Part shown: positions 17,110 through 27,000 of the stretch, in pieces
Layout of the letters: each line of letters opens with the position of its first letter
Position numbering within the stretch: position 1 is the first letter of the stretch
From: an uncultured Clostridia bacterium
Lineage (GTDB): Bacteria; Bacillota; Clostridia; Christensenellales; DUVY01
Direction: 5' to 3'
Length of the DNA stretch: 45,318 bases
NCBI GenBank assembly: GCA_937895465.1
Contig: CALAYY010000042.1
Location: 1-45,318 of the forward strand
Notes under the pieces: generated by a model
Database searches by the model: none
Seen by the model: the letters and a program-made list of their open reading frames with translations, nothing else
What the model was told of the DNA's origin: nothing
Position numbers and translations under genes: made by a program

Positions 17110-18648
17110 TTATTTGATTATAAGTTTTTCTATGTTAATAATCTTATCAGCCCAAGCCTCATAAAAAGCCCTTTCGTGACTGACCAAAATTACCGTACCC
17201 TCAAATTTTTTTAATGCCCTTATAAGAGCAGATTTTGCTTCAACATCCAGATGGTTGGTAGGTTCGTCCAAAATCAATATATTGCAAGGATGCATCATAA
17301 TCTGAGCCAACTTGACTTTGGACTGCTCCCCGCCGCTTAACGTTGTGATTTTTTGAATCATATGCTCATTTTTTATAGCAACTATGCTTAGGATTTTGCG
17401 TATTTCTTTATCAGATGCTTTTGGATACATAGACCCCAAATAACTTAACGCAGTTGCATCCTCATCTTGCCATATAAGATCTTGAGCAAAATATCCCTTC
17501 TCGCAATTTTGGGCAAAACAAAAGCTTCCGCTCAAAGCCTTAATTTCTCCTATTAAAGTTTTTATTAAGGTTGATTTTCCAATGCCGTTAAAGCCTGTAA
17601 TTGCCATTCGCTGTTTGTTGTTGATGCTAAAATTTAGTTTAGGCAGCAGCGGATAATAATAGCCTACTTCAAGATTTTTTACTTCCAACACCGTCTGAGC
17701 ATTAACAGGAGTGTATTTAAAGCTAAAAACAGGCTCTTTTAGAATGTTGGGCGGAGCAATCTTTTCTAGCTTATTAAGCATCTTTTGACGGCTTTGTGCC
17801 ATTCGGGCTGTTGACGCACGTGCCTTGTTGCGTGCAATATAATCCTCTGTCCTTTCTATGAGTTTTTGTTGAGAGTCATAATTTTTTTCATATTCAAGTC
17901 TTCGTTGTTCTTTTTGTTTGGAAAATGAAGAATAACTGCCGCTATATTTGGCAATGCTGCGAAATTCAATATCCAAAATACAGTTTGTTATTGTTTCCAA
18001 AAAGTTAAAATCATGAGAAACCGTAATAAAAGCACCTGGATATGTTTTTAGGTATTTTGACAGCCAATCAATATGATTGCTGTCCAAAAAGTTGGTAGGC
18101 TCATCAAGTAACAGCAAATTGGGTTTTTGGAGCAATAGTTTTGCCAAAATCACCTTGGCACGCTGACCGCCGCTCAAATGCTTAATAGGCGTATCAAGCC
18201 CCATAGCCGTTATGCCCAAACCAGCGCATACCTTACCTATTGTGGCAGGGATAGAATAAAAATCGTTCCCTGCAAGTCTTTCCATTATGGATGAAGCCTG
18301 CTTGATAAGCTTTTTATCAGGATTGTTTATTAAAGTGTGATTAATTTCATTAAGTCTTTGCTCTTGTTCATACAGTTCTAAAAATGCCTGCTTTAGATAT
18401 ACATCTATTGTTAATGACGGGTCTATCTCGGCATATTGATCCAATTGTCCTATAACTGCTTTGGGATGAATAATTATCTCACCTTTATCAGGCAAAATCT
18501 CCCCTGTCAATATCTTAATAAGAGTGCTTTTGCCTGTACCGTTTTGACCGACAAGCCCCATATGCTCCTTATTAAATAACGAGAACGAGGCATTATCATA
18601 TAATACCTTGTCCCCGTAAGAATGTGAAAGACCTATGACCTCAAGCAC
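17110..18648 (-). CDS. ABC-F family ATPase (two tandem NBDs, no TM domain)
   Basis: NBD1 has GQNGTGKST, LSGGQRAKV and LLLLDEPTNFLD. NBD2 has GFNGIGKST, LSGGEQSKV and ILILDEPTNHLD. A charged inter-domain linker connects them. GTG start. Confidence 0.85.
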   Translation of the reverse strand: MLEVIGLSHSYGDKVLYDNASFSLFNKEHMGLVGQNGTGKSTLIKILTGEILPDKGEIIIHPKAVIGQLDQYAEIDPSLTIDVYLKQAFLELYEQEQRLNEINHTLINNPDKKLIKQASSIMERLAGNDFYSIPATIGKVCAGLGITAMGLDTPIKHLSGGQRAKVILAKLLLQKPNLLLLDEPTNFLDSNHIDWLSKYLKTYPGAFITVSHDFNFLETITNCILDIEFRSIAKYSGSYSSFSKQKEQRRLEYEKNYDSQQKLIERTEDYIARNKARASTARMAQSRQKMLNKLEKIAPPNILKEPVFSFKYTPVNAQTVLEVKNLEVGYYYPLLPKLNFSINNKQRMAITGFNGIGKSTLIKTLIGEIKALSGSFCFAQNCEKGYFAQDLIWQDEDATALSYLGSMYPKASDKEIRKILSIVAIKNEHMIQKITTLSGGEQSKVKLAQIMMHPCNILILDEPTNHLDVEAKSALIRALKKFEGTVILVSHERAFYEAWADKIINIEKLIIK

Positions 18649-18790
18649 TTTTTATTACCTTTAGTTAATATTTTTAAAAACATATTATATAACACAACAA
18701 AAGCTTTTGGCAAGCGATGGCTTTTGTGATAAGAATTTTTAAATTATAAAAATATCCATATTTTTTATCTATTAAGTACAAAAAAACAAC

Positions 18791-18819
18791 TTGCCTAATC
18801 AATTTTGATATGCTAAGAT
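18791..18819 (+). promoter_or_regulatory. Putative sigma-A promoter of tRNA-Leu
   Basis: TTGCCT (-35), a 17-nt spacer, and TGcTAAGAT (extended -10), about 20 nt before the tRNA 5' end. Confidence 0.4.
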
Positions 18820-18838
18820 TATTAAGCAAAATATCTTT

Positions 18839-18923
18839 GCGAGGATGGCGAAACTGGCAGACGCGCACGTTTCAGAGGCGTGTGGGGAAACCCATGCGGG
18901 TTCAAGTCCCGCTCTTCGCACCA
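18839..18923 (+). tRNA. tRNA-Leu (anticodon CAG), class II with a long variable arm
   Basis: Acceptor stem GCGAGGA/TCTTCGC (one G-U pair). Anticodon stem CACGT/GCGTG with loop TTCAGAG. Variable arm TGGGGAAACCCAT. T arm GCGGG-TTCAAGT-CCCGC. Encoded CCA. Confidence 0.9.
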
Positions 18924-18930
18924 CATTTTA

Positions 18931-18957
18931 AAGGCTTAGAAAGTACTTCTAAGCCTT
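18931..18957 (+). terminator. Hairpin terminator after tRNA-Leu
   Basis: 11-bp stem AAGGCTTAGAA/TTCTAAGCCTT with a 5-nt loop, followed by a T-rich GTTTGT. Confidence 0.6.
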
Positions 18958-19182
18958 GTTTGTACCAAAATTAATCAAACACCTTGCTTAAGTTTAGCGT
19001 TTTATCCAAGCACCTAATTTGCACCCTAATCAAAATAGACATTTAATCAATTTTTGACACTAACTTTGACACATAACTTATTTCATAATTGATGATACAA
19101 AATCAGTATAAACATCTTTTATCAAATGACTTGTTTATGTCATAATCTCTAATAAAAATTATTAAAAGAAAAGCACTTATTA

Positions 19183-20253
19183 TTAATTTTTAGATAAAAC
19201 ACCTTTAATTACTGGGTACAAGCCCTCAGCTATTCTGTAAAAGCCTAAATCGTTGGGATGGCACATATCCACCGTGCAATTATCCCTTCCCTTATTTTTG
19301 AATAGCTTTTCACCGTTTACAAAATAAATATTTTTATCTCCGCTTTCAGTTGCATATATATATGTGTTTTTTATTATTTTACGTCTCTTTATATTATTTT
19401 CCTTCCCATTTTCAAAATCAGGCTTACTCATTAATACTATAGGCACAGTCTTATTATTAGCTCTTATCCTCTTATAAAAATCAATATGTGTTTTTTCAAG
19501 AAAATCCAGACTTGGCGCGTTATGGTCGTAATCACAAACAAACACGCTCATATCAAGTTTAGAGATATAAGCCGCCATAGACTGTTCTCCCTTTGCATTG
19601 CCAGAAAATCCTAGATTAATATAATCACAATCTAACCATGATGATAATATAGCCTGATAACTGTTGCCAGGTCTTGATGCACATCCTCCTTGAGTAATTG
19701 ACGAACCGTAAAAAACAATAGGCTTTTCAATCAAATAGTTTGAGCCTTCCTTTAGAGTTGCCGATTTTTCCAATCCTATATATAATTCATTTACTCCGCT
19801 ATAAAGGGGAAAATTAATTAATATATCCTTTTCGGCTTTTTTATTAAAATATATTATTGATTCGTAACCGTCTTTTATGCTAATCGGCGGAACAAAAGAG
19901 TCGCAAAAGATAAATCCTTTCGGCGATTTTATATATAAATCAAATCCCGTAGAACCGGTAAAGGCCATATGCGGCATTAAATTAATTCGATTCATTTTGA
20001 CATTTATTGCTATATAGTCCGAATCCGTTTTGAATCGAAGCCTTCCGCCTGCAGTACTATAATTAAGATGTTTAACCCCTTCGCTAATTTTTTCGGAAAC
20101 TTCAATTGGCATTCTCATATATTCGTTTTGGTTTTGATAATCATACAATCCATAAATCTTAAAGGGAGGCTTATTAACATTATAAAAAATAATATTATCT
20201 GTTTTAAGCGAAGATTTTAGTTCTAAGTTCTTATCAATATCTGCTATATCCAT
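19183..20253 (-). CDS. SGNH/GDSL-family hydrolase (probable carbohydrate/pectin acetylesterase)
   Basis: Block I FYGSSITQG, block III GFSGNA and block V DMCHPND (DxxH). A ~170-aa N-terminal beta-rich domain is present. The gene is adjacent to a pectin locus but behind its terminator. Confidence 0.7.
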   Translation of the reverse strand: MDIADIDKNLELKSSLKTDNIIFYNVNKPPFKIYGLYDYQNQNEYMRMPIEVSEKISEGVKHLNYSTAGGRLRFKTDSDYIAINVKMNRINLMPHMAFTGSTGFDLYIKSPKGFIFCDSFVPPISIKDGYESIIYFNKKAEKDILINFPLYSGVNELYIGLEKSATLKEGSNYLIEKPIVFYGSSITQGGCASRPGNSYQAILSSWLDCDYINLGFSGNAKGEQSMAAYISKLDMSVFVCDYDHNAPSLDFLEKTHIDFYKRIRANNKTVPIVLMSKPDFENGKENNIKRRKIIKNTYIYATESGDKNIYFVNGEKLFKNKGRDNCTVDMCHPNDLGFYRIAEGLYPVIKGVLSKN

Positions 20254-20438
20254 AGATAATTCCTTTTATTTTATAAAAGCTTTTCAATTATATCATAGCT
20301 TATTAATACACCCTAATATAACACCGTTTTTTTAAAACGCCAAAGATGTAATAAGTGTTTAACTCATTTTTTTCATAAACACCTTCAACGCTATTAAGTA
20401 TACAACAACTGATTCTGCTGATAAATTTTTATACATGT

Positions 20439-20474
20439 AAAAAAGGAGTCAACCATAAAAAATTGACTCCTTTT
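20439..20474 (-). terminator. Rho-independent terminator ending the pectin operon after kduD
   Basis: Stem GGAGTCAA/TTGACTCC with a 10-nt loop, flanked by A6 and T4 runs. On the minus strand it is followed by UUUUUU. Confidence 0.8.
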
Positions 20475-20496
20475 CTTATATTGGGGTGTTTGGAAA

Positions 20497-21246
20497 TTAT
20501 CTTGCAAGCCAGCCGCCGTCAACGGCGATTGTAAAGCCGTGAATATAATCACTAGCATTACTTGCCAAAAAGATTGCCGTTCCCATTAAATCGTCAGGTG
20601 TTCCCCAACGCCCCGCAGGAATACGGTCAAGAATTTCTTCACTTCGGGTTTTATCTGCACGCAAAAGTGCAGTATTGTTGGTTGCCATATATCCCGGTGC
20701 AATGGCATTGACATTGATATTATGTTTTGCCCATTCGTTAGCCATAGTCATGGTAATGCCTTTTACTGCTGACTTGCTTGCTGTATAGCTTGGGCATCTG
20801 ATACCGCCCTGATAGCTTAGCATACTTGCAATGTTTATTATTTTGCCACCGCTTTTTTGCTCTAAAAAACGTCTTGCAACTGCTTGGCTAAAAAAGAATA
20901 CAGTCTTAGCGTTAAGACTAATAACATCATCCCAATCCTTTTCGGAAAAATTAATGCTGTCTTCACGCCTTATGATACCTGCATTATTGACTAATATATC
21001 TATCTGTCCAAATATCTCTACTGTTTTGTTGACAATATCATTTATAGGGTCAACTGTCATAAGATTGGCAACTATACCGTGAAAATTATCGCCGAGCATT
21101 TCCTTAGTTGCAGTACTTTCTACATAATCCACGCCGACAACTTTTGCCCCTGCTTCAACATAAGCCTTGCAAATACCCTGTCCTAGCCCTGTGCTGCTGC
21201 CTGTAACAATAGCAACATGCCCTTTTAGACCAAACATATCTTTCAT
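20497..21246 (-). CDS. kduD: 2-dehydro-3-deoxy-D-gluconate 5-dehydrogenase
   Basis: Near-colinear similarity to E. coli KduD as recalled (VTGSSTGLGQG, IDILVNNAGIIRRED, GGKIINIASMLSYQGGIRCPSYTASKS, NVNAIAPGYMATNNT, IAVDGGWLAR). Confidence 0.92.
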   Translation of the reverse strand: MKDMFGLKGHVAIVTGSSTGLGQGICKAYVEAGAKVVGVDYVESTATKEMLGDNFHGIVANLMTVDPINDIVNKTVEIFGQIDILVNNAGIIRREDSINFSEKDWDDVISLNAKTVFFFSQAVARRFLEQKSGGKIINIASMLSYQGGIRCPSYTASKSAVKGITMTMANEWAKHNINVNAIAPGYMATNNTALLRADKTRSEEILDRIPAGRWGTPDDLMGTAIFLASNASDYIHGFTIAVDGGWLAR

Positions 21247-22073
21247 CTCAAATCCTCCATATCTACATTATCCATATCATCAAAATCTTGATTTTCTCCA
21301 CACATGCCCCAGATAAATGTATAGTTTTTTGTACCGCAACCGCTATGAATACTAAAGCTCGGCGATATTACAGCCTGCTCATTTTTGACAACTATGTGCC
21401 TTGTGTCGTCAGGTGCCCCCATAAAATGAAATACTAGATTTTTGGGCGGTATATCAAAATACAAGTAGACTTCCATTCTGCGTTCATGTGTATGAGTAGG
21501 CATAGTATTCCATACACTGCCTTCCTTTAAAATTGTCAAGCCCATAACAAGCTGGCAAGAAGGTATAACCTGTGGGAGAATATACTTATATATTGTTCTT
21601 TCATTGCACTCTGCCTTGTTTCCCAAATCCACCTTTATTGCCTTGTTTTTGTCAATTAGCGTTGTTTGATAACTTGTATGAGCAGGAACAGAATTAAAAT
21701 AAAATTTAGCCGGATTATTTTTATCAACAGATAAGAATTTTACATTTTGTGTTCCTCTTGCTATATAAAGACATTCATATTTATTGATATTATAGGTTTT
21801 TCCGTCTGCAATAATCTGTCCGCCTCCAGCGATGTTAATAACGCCCATTTCCCGTCTTTCTAAGAAATATTTGGCTGAAAAAGTCTGTCCACCTATTATT
21901 TCAACTGCGCTGCTAATAGGCATTATGCCGCCTGCAACTATTCTGTCTATATGAGAATAAACACAAGTCATTTCATCTTTAATAAAAATTTTTTCAATTA
22001 GAAATTCGCTTCTGAGCCTTTGAGTATCATACGATAAAAAATCCTGTCTGTTAACAGCCTGTCTGGTTTCCAT
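21243..22073 (-). CDS. kduI: 5-dehydro-4-deoxy-D-glucuronate isomerase
   Basis: Colinear with E. coli KduI as recalled (YSHIDRIVAGGIMP, FLERREMGVINI, WNTMPTHTHERRMEVYLYF, QAVISPSFSIHSGCGTKNYTFIWGMCGENQDFDDMD). Confidence 0.92.
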   Translation of the reverse strand: METRQAVNRQDFLSYDTQRLRSEFLIEKIFIKDEMTCVYSHIDRIVAGGIMPISSAVEIIGGQTFSAKYFLERREMGVINIAGGGQIIADGKTYNINKYECLYIARGTQNVKFLSVDKNNPAKFYFNSVPAHTSYQTTLIDKNKAIKVDLGNKAECNERTIYKYILPQVIPSCQLVMGLTILKEGSVWNTMPTHTHERRMEVYLYFDIPPKNLVFHFMGAPDDTRHIVVKNEQAVISPSFSIHSGCGTKNYTFIWGMCGENQDFDDMDNVDMEDLR

Positions 22074-22093
22074 AGTTGTTCTCCTTAAATGTA

Positions 22094-23257
22094 TTAGTAT
22101 TTATTATTTTCCAAATATTTTATTTCGCCGTACGACATCAAAAACGGTCCCAACCCTTTTGCATCGTTTTGTACTACAGGCTCAGAAATATAATATTCGT
22201 AAGAGCCGTCACGCTTTAAGTTTTCTTTGGGTCCAAGTCCTGCCATAAGGCATATACCGCCAAGCTTGATTTTGCCCCTTTCACTTTTTAGATATTTTTT
22301 GCATATACCTTCAAATATTTCAATGCCTGTAATAATATAGTCTTGAGACAATATTTTTAGCCTTGCACCCTTTAAAACCGCATAAGCTACCATAGCACTT
22401 CCGCTTGTTTCTAAGTAATTACCCTGACAGCCGATGCAATCAACCACCTGATAAAACATCTTGAACTTTGGGTCAATATATTGAAGTACTCCATCAACCG
22501 CCTCAATAAATATTTGTTTTACGGTGTCTTTTTCTTTTTCGTGTGTATCTGACATGTATTCAAAAATATCAACAAGACTCATCAAAAACCAACCTATGGA
22601 ACGAAGCCAAAAACTTTTTGACAAGCCTCTTGAATCTGCCCAAAACGCTTCATGAGAATAATCAAAACCATGATAATAAAGGCGTTTTTGAGGGTCAAAC
22701 ATAAATTCTCTCACATTTTTTAACTGACTTATAATGTCATCATAATTTTGGCAATTGTTTATCAGCGTTTCATATCTTGTATAAAAAACTTGCGCCATAT
22801 ACAGTCCATCCAACCATATTTGATTGGGATATATAAGCTTATGCCAAAAGTTTCCTGACTCTGTTCTTGGCTGTCTTAGTAAATCGGCATATAGTATTTC
22901 TATTGCTTTTTTGTATTTATCCTTTTTGGTGTATTCATACAAGTCAAACAAAACCCTGCCGCCACATATATTATCAAGATTGTAACTTTCTGTCTTATAC
23001 TCCAATATTGTGCCGTCATCAAAAATATAATAATCGTAAAATTGATCTGCAAATTCCAAAAATCGCTTTTGCCCTGTATGCTTATACAAATTTATGAGCC
23101 CGATTATCATACAAGCGTCTATATAGTTCCATCTTGGTACAGAGCCTTCCAAAATTTTTTCCATATTCCATAATGGCTCTTTGGGTGTAGAACAGCTTAT
23201 GATATCGTCAATATACTTATCAATAATATTATTAAATTTTTTATTACTTTCGCTCAT
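22094..23257 (-). CDS. GH105 unsaturated rhamnogalacturonyl/galacturonyl hydrolase (YteR/YesR-like), cytoplasmic
   Basis: (alpha/alpha)6-type sequence with IWLDGLYMAQVFY and no signal peptide. The gene context is GH28 and kduID. Confidence 0.75.
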   Translation of the reverse strand: MSESNKKFNNIIDKYIDDIISCSTPKEPLWNMEKILEGSVPRWNYIDACMIIGLINLYKHTGQKRFLEFADQFYDYYIFDDGTILEYKTESYNLDNICGGRVLFDLYEYTKKDKYKKAIEILYADLLRQPRTESGNFWHKLIYPNQIWLDGLYMAQVFYTRYETLINNCQNYDDIISQLKNVREFMFDPQKRLYYHGFDYSHEAFWADSRGLSKSFWLRSIGWFLMSLVDIFEYMSDTHEKEKDTVKQIFIEAVDGVLQYIDPKFKMFYQVVDCIGCQGNYLETSGSAMVAYAVLKGARLKILSQDYIITGIEIFEGICKKYLKSERGKIKLGGICLMAGLGPKENLKRDGSYEYYISEPVVQNDAKGLGPFLMSYGEIKYLENNKY

Positions 23258-23265
23258 AATAACCT

Positions 23266-24810
23266 TTATTCAATCTCTATATTGTTAACATTGCATTTTA
23301 TTACAGTATCACCCTTAACATCGTTAAAACTAACATTTTTAAGTTTGACATTTTCTACATTGTTAAAATATAAGCCGTGTTTACAGCATTCCATAGCATT
23401 AGTCATCATTGCGGGTAGTCCGGGTTTTGAATCTTGTTTAAAAGAAAATTTTACATTTTCTATAATTATTTCCTTAATAGGCTGCTCAGGCAGACCGTAA
23501 AAAAATCCTGCCGTCTGCTCGCAGTCATTGCATACCATATCTTTAAAATGACAGCGTCCTATATAAGGCGTACACTCATCTACAGGTAATTTTTCTTTTG
23601 ACCAAACATATTCAGTCTTGCCGTCAGGGTCGCAAAAATAAAACATATTGACTACAATGGGGGATAAAACATTATCCATTTTGATATTTTCAAAAATAAT
23701 ATTATCTACTATTGCGTCAACACCCCTGCCCCTTCTTGTCTTAATTCGTAAACCTCTGTCTGTTTGGTTAAAATAACAGCGGCTTATTGACAGATTTTTT
23801 ATTCCGCCTGCAAGCTCACTTCCCAGAACAATAGCACCATGTCCGTATTGCATTATGCAATTTCTTATAATTACATTTTGACAAGGAGTTTTATATGTTT
23901 TGCCCATATAGATTTTCCCAGACTTTAACGCCACACAGTCATCTCCAACAGAAAATAATGAGCCTATAATTTTGACATTATTACAGGATTCAGGGTTGCA
24001 GCCGTCAGTATTGGGAGAATCTTTATCTGCAAAGACCTTGATATCAAAAAACGATATATTATTGCAAAAATAAGGATGAAAATTCCAGCTTGCAGAATTT
24101 TGACCAGTTATTCCATGAATAACAATATCTTCACATTTGTTCAAAAACAACAAACGGGGACGACCGTATTTATGTTTTTTGAAATCAGGATACCATATAC
24201 CGCTATGACCGTTGCCGTCGATTAAACCTTCACCTATTATTTTGATATTTTTGGCAAAGTGTGCACTAATATATGATTGATAGCAAGGCATAGGATGACC
24301 TTCCCATGAAGAATACTGAATCTTTTCCTTGGTAATTTCACATTCTATTTCGCCAGGGATTATCGGATAATCCTTCTCATCCTCGCTTGCCAGCATCTTT
24401 GCGCCTTTTTTTAGCTCTATAGTAATGTTGCTTTTCAAAGTTATGGGACGGGTATAATATATTCCTTGAGGAAACAGTACCCTCCCGTTTTCAGAACAAG
24501 CATTAATGGCATTTTGAACGGCTAGTGTGTCATCCGTATGCCCGTCTCCTATAGCACCAAAATCCATAACATTGATACAGCAGCTTTCTTGTGCTGTTAT
24601 TAATTCAAAACAAAAATCATTTAACGTTGTGCCGATTATATAACTTGTATTAGGCAATAAATCAAACAGCGAAAAAACATTAGTGTTAAATTCTTTGGAT
24701 TGTTTAACACCATCTACTATAATTTGATATGATAAGTCATTATAATATATAAGGTCGTTGTTAAGTTCAAAACAGACCGAAGTGCTTCCTATATACAAAG
24801 GTTTAAACAT
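23266..24810 (-). CDS. GH28 (exo-)polygalacturonase, cytoplasmic
   Basis: GH28 signature blocks NTDGCNPES, GDDCVALKSG, GHGAIVLGSE and RGLRIKT. No signal peptide. SD AAGGAG. Confidence 0.88.
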   Translation of the reverse strand: MFKPLYIGSTSVCFELNNDLIYYNDLSYQIIVDGVKQSKEFNTNVFSLFDLLPNTSYIIGTTLNDFCFELITAQESCCINVMDFGAIGDGHTDDTLAVQNAINACSENGRVLFPQGIYYTRPITLKSNITIELKKGAKMLASEDEKDYPIIPGEIECEITKEKIQYSSWEGHPMPCYQSYISAHFAKNIKIIGEGLIDGNGHSGIWYPDFKKHKYGRPRLLFLNKCEDIVIHGITGQNSASWNFHPYFCNNISFFDIKVFADKDSPNTDGCNPESCNNVKIIGSLFSVGDDCVALKSGKIYMGKTYKTPCQNVIIRNCIMQYGHGAIVLGSELAGGIKNLSISRCYFNQTDRGLRIKTRRGRGVDAIVDNIIFENIKMDNVLSPIVVNMFYFCDPDGKTEYVWSKEKLPVDECTPYIGRCHFKDMVCNDCEQTAGFFYGLPEQPIKEIIIENVKFSFKQDSKPGLPAMMTNAMECCKHGLYFNNVENVKLKNVSFNDVKGDTVIKCNVNNIEIE

Positions 24811-25399
24811 CCTGAAATTCTCCTTTTTTAAAATATTTTTTGAAGAATATCAGATTGCGTATTGTCAAAAACAAAAAGTCATAAATCAAAAAGAACAAGC
24901 CATATAATAGCGGCTCAACTGGCAAAACAACGCTTTCTTTTGGCAAATTTTTGATGTTAATAACCAAAACATTAATATAGCTGTATGTATAAGATATAAA
25001 TACTGACAACACCAAACCATATATCAGGTTAATAAGAATTGAATATATTTTCTTTTTTGAAAACATTATATATTTTCTCATTTTATTTTTATCATCATCT
25101 AACAAAATCAAAATCTTGTTGACTATTACATCAGTAACGAGTCCGATTGCAAGACCTAAACCTGCCATTACATCCAATTGGTCTATTGTGTTGTATGGTA
25201 TTCCCCAGCCTATAAAAAAGTAAATTGCACCCGCAAACCAATATTTTATAATAACAGCTTTTATGACAGCAGGAATCTTGGAAAGCCGAGAGTATTTATA
25301 CGGTCTAACCTCTTTCTCCGCATTTCTTTCTCCCCTATCCTGTTCGATTTCCTCATGCCTTATTGATTTTGATTTTGTTATTTCATTATTTATTTTCAT
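24803..25399 (-). CDS. Unknown membrane protein, 198 aa, ~4 TM, charged N-terminus
   Basis: ATG start overlapping the upstream ORF by 14 nt, and stop overlapping the GH28 start by 8 nt. Hydrophobic segments include KYWFAGAIYFFIGWGI, MAGLGLAIGLVTDVIV, IYSILINLIYGLVLSVFISY and LLYGLFFLIYDFLFL. No family was recognised. Confidence 0.6.
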   Translation of the reverse strand: MKINNEITKSKSIRHEEIEQDRGERNAEKEVRPYKYSRLSKIPAVIKAVIIKYWFAGAIYFFIGWGIPYNTIDQLDVMAGLGLAIGLVTDVIVNKILILLDDDKNKMRKYIMFSKKKIYSILINLIYGLVLSVFISYTYSYINVLVINIKNLPKESVVLPVEPLLYGLFFLIYDFLFLTIRNLIFFKKYFKKGEFQDV

Positions 25400-25919
25400 A
25401 ATCTATTTCAATTTTGTCATACGCCAATTGTTCTTGTTGTATTTGTTCTTGCTTTGTAGTGTTAATACGCTGAAACAATTTACTGTATAAAGGAAGTAAA
25501 AATATGCTTATAAGTGACAAGCTAAGCGACACTATATGAACATAGCTCCATACTATTGAAGCTGAAATATCAGGAGTTTTGGGCACTTCTTTGACCGTAA
25601 TTTCAAAATACAGAACATTAATATAATAAATATCAAGCACCAATTGCAAAATTATCAAGGCAACAGTCAAAATGATTACAGGTATAGCTTTTTTGTTTAC
25701 TTTTTTGACTGCAATAAAAGTAAAAACCGTCATAATAGATGCAAGAGTAATTATAAATAAATTAAAAGCTATTATCTTGTTGTTGACATACATTGTTGCG
25801 TTGGAATGTCGAGATAATAAAAATGTATAGATACAACAACTCAAAATCAAAAGAAGCATCGGTATTATCTGAGGATGTCTTTTGAGATAGACTAATTTTT
25901 TTCTAAAATATTCACCCAT
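25386..25919 (-). CDS. Unknown membrane protein, 177 aa, ~4 TM
   Basis: ATG with SD AGGTGA (5-nt spacer), 8 nt after the ATPase stop. It has four hydrophobic helices and a Q/E-rich C-terminus. No family was recognised. Confidence 0.65.
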   Translation of the reverse strand: MGEYFRKKLVYLKRHPQIIPMLLLILSCCIYTFLLSRHSNATMYVNNKIIAFNLFIITLASIMTVFTFIAVKKVNKKAIPVIILTVALIILQLVLDIYYINVLYFEITVKEVPKTPDISASIVWSYVHIVSLSLSLISIFLLPLYSKLFQRINTTKQEQIQQEQLAYDKIEIDYENK

Positions 25920-25927
25920 TATTTCAC

Positions 25928-26995
25928 CTATCTTAACGCCTTAGTTGTTTCTTTATCAAAGAAATGAATTTTATCTGTCAAAAAGTCAATCTTAATTTTA
26001 TCGTTTTGTTTGAAGCTGTGCCATCCTAGAATTTTTAAGATTATTCTTTTTTTGCCTATATAACCATGAACATTGGTGTATTGACCTAGATTTTCATTGA
26101 CATTTACAGTTATTTCTATATCATTTCCTAAAACAGCATTTTCAGGTCTTATTCCAAGCACAATCTCTTTTCCCATATAATCTTTTAAAATGTCTTTTTC
26201 TGCCTGTTTAAGTTCAATTTCAAAACAATCGTGCTTTAATGTTCCGTTATGTGTAACAAGCACATCCAAAAAATTCATTGCAGGCAGTCCGATAAAGCCT
26301 GCTACAAAAATATTGGCAGGATGATCGTATAATTCTATCGGTGCTCCTATCTGCTGCACATATCCATTATTCATAACTACTATTCTGTCTGCCAAAGTCA
26401 ATGCTTCTATCTGGTCATGTGTAACATAAATCATAGTTGAATTGAGCGTTTGGTGTAAAAGCTTCAGTTCATGTCTCATCTTTCCTCTTAATTTGGCATC
26501 CAAATTGCTAAGCGGCTCATCAAATAAAAACACCTTGGGATTTCTAACTATTGCTCTTCCTACCGCAACCCTTTGTCTCTGTCCGCCTGACAGTTGTTTT
26601 GGTTTTTTATTGAGCTGATTAACTAATCCCAAAAGTCTTGCTGCCCTCATTACCTTTTCGTGAATTACATCTGCATTGACTTTTCTGAGCATAAGACTAA
26701 ATGCCATATTATGATATACTGTCATCTGATGGTACAAAGCATAATTTTGAAAAACCATAGCAATATCCCGATCTTTTGGGGGAGTATTTGTTACATTTTT
26801 ATCATCTATAAATAATGTTCCGGACGATATCTCTTCAAGTCCCGCTATCATTCTAAGCGTTGTGGATTTTCCGCAACCCGAAGGACCTACAAAAACGATA
26901 AATTCCCCATCGTAAATATCCATATCAAAGTTATATACGGCGTGTACACCGTTTGGATAAATTTTATTCAATCCCTTTAAAGATAAATTTGCCAT
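25928..26995 (-). CDS. MsmX/UgpC/MalK-type sugar ABC transporter ATPase (copy 1)
   Basis: Walker A GPSGCGKST, signature LSGGQRQRV, Walker B VFLFDEPLSNLD, H-loop VTHDQ and a C-terminal MalK/TOBE-like domain. The start is revised to ATG at 26995 (MANLSLKGLNKIY), with GAGGA upstream. Confidence 0.9.
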   Translation of the reverse strand: MANLSLKGLNKIYPNGVHAVYNFDMDIYDGEFIVFVGPSGCGKSTTLRMIAGLEEISSGTLFIDDKNVTNTPPKDRDIAMVFQNYALYHQMTVYHNMAFSLMLRKVNADVIHEKVMRAARLLGLVNQLNKKPKQLSGGQRQRVAVGRAIVRNPKVFLFDEPLSNLDAKLRGKMRHELKLLHQTLNSTMIYVTHDQIEALTLADRIVVMNNGYVQQIGAPIELYDHPANIFVAGFIGLPAMNFLDVLVTHNGTLKHDCFEIELKQAEKDILKDYMGKEIVLGIRPENAVLGNDIEITVNVNENLGQYTNVHGYIGKKRIILKILGWHSFKQNDKIKIDFLTDKIHFFDKETTKALR

Positions 26996-27000
26996 TTGGG

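Noticed and set aside
17110-18648. The ABC-F protein as an antibiotic-resistance (ARE) ribosomal protection factor.
   Set aside because: The ARE and housekeeping ABC-F subfamilies cannot be told apart by eye. No leader peptide or attenuator is visible upstream, and the context is housekeeping.
18674-18868. A 64-aa minus-strand ORF upstream of the ABC-F gene.
   Set aside because: Its 5' end overlaps tRNA-Leu (18839-18923) and that tRNA's promoter. It has no SD and an odd composition, so it is almost certainly spurious.
18924-19182. tRNA-Leu as an integration site for the downstream 20-kb pectin locus (a genomic island).
   Set aside because: There is no integrase, no repeat of the tRNA 3' end at the far side of the locus (around 39.8-40.7 kb), and no other mobility genes. 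The scattered TAATCAA and TTTGACAC short repeats are explainable by AT-rich composition.
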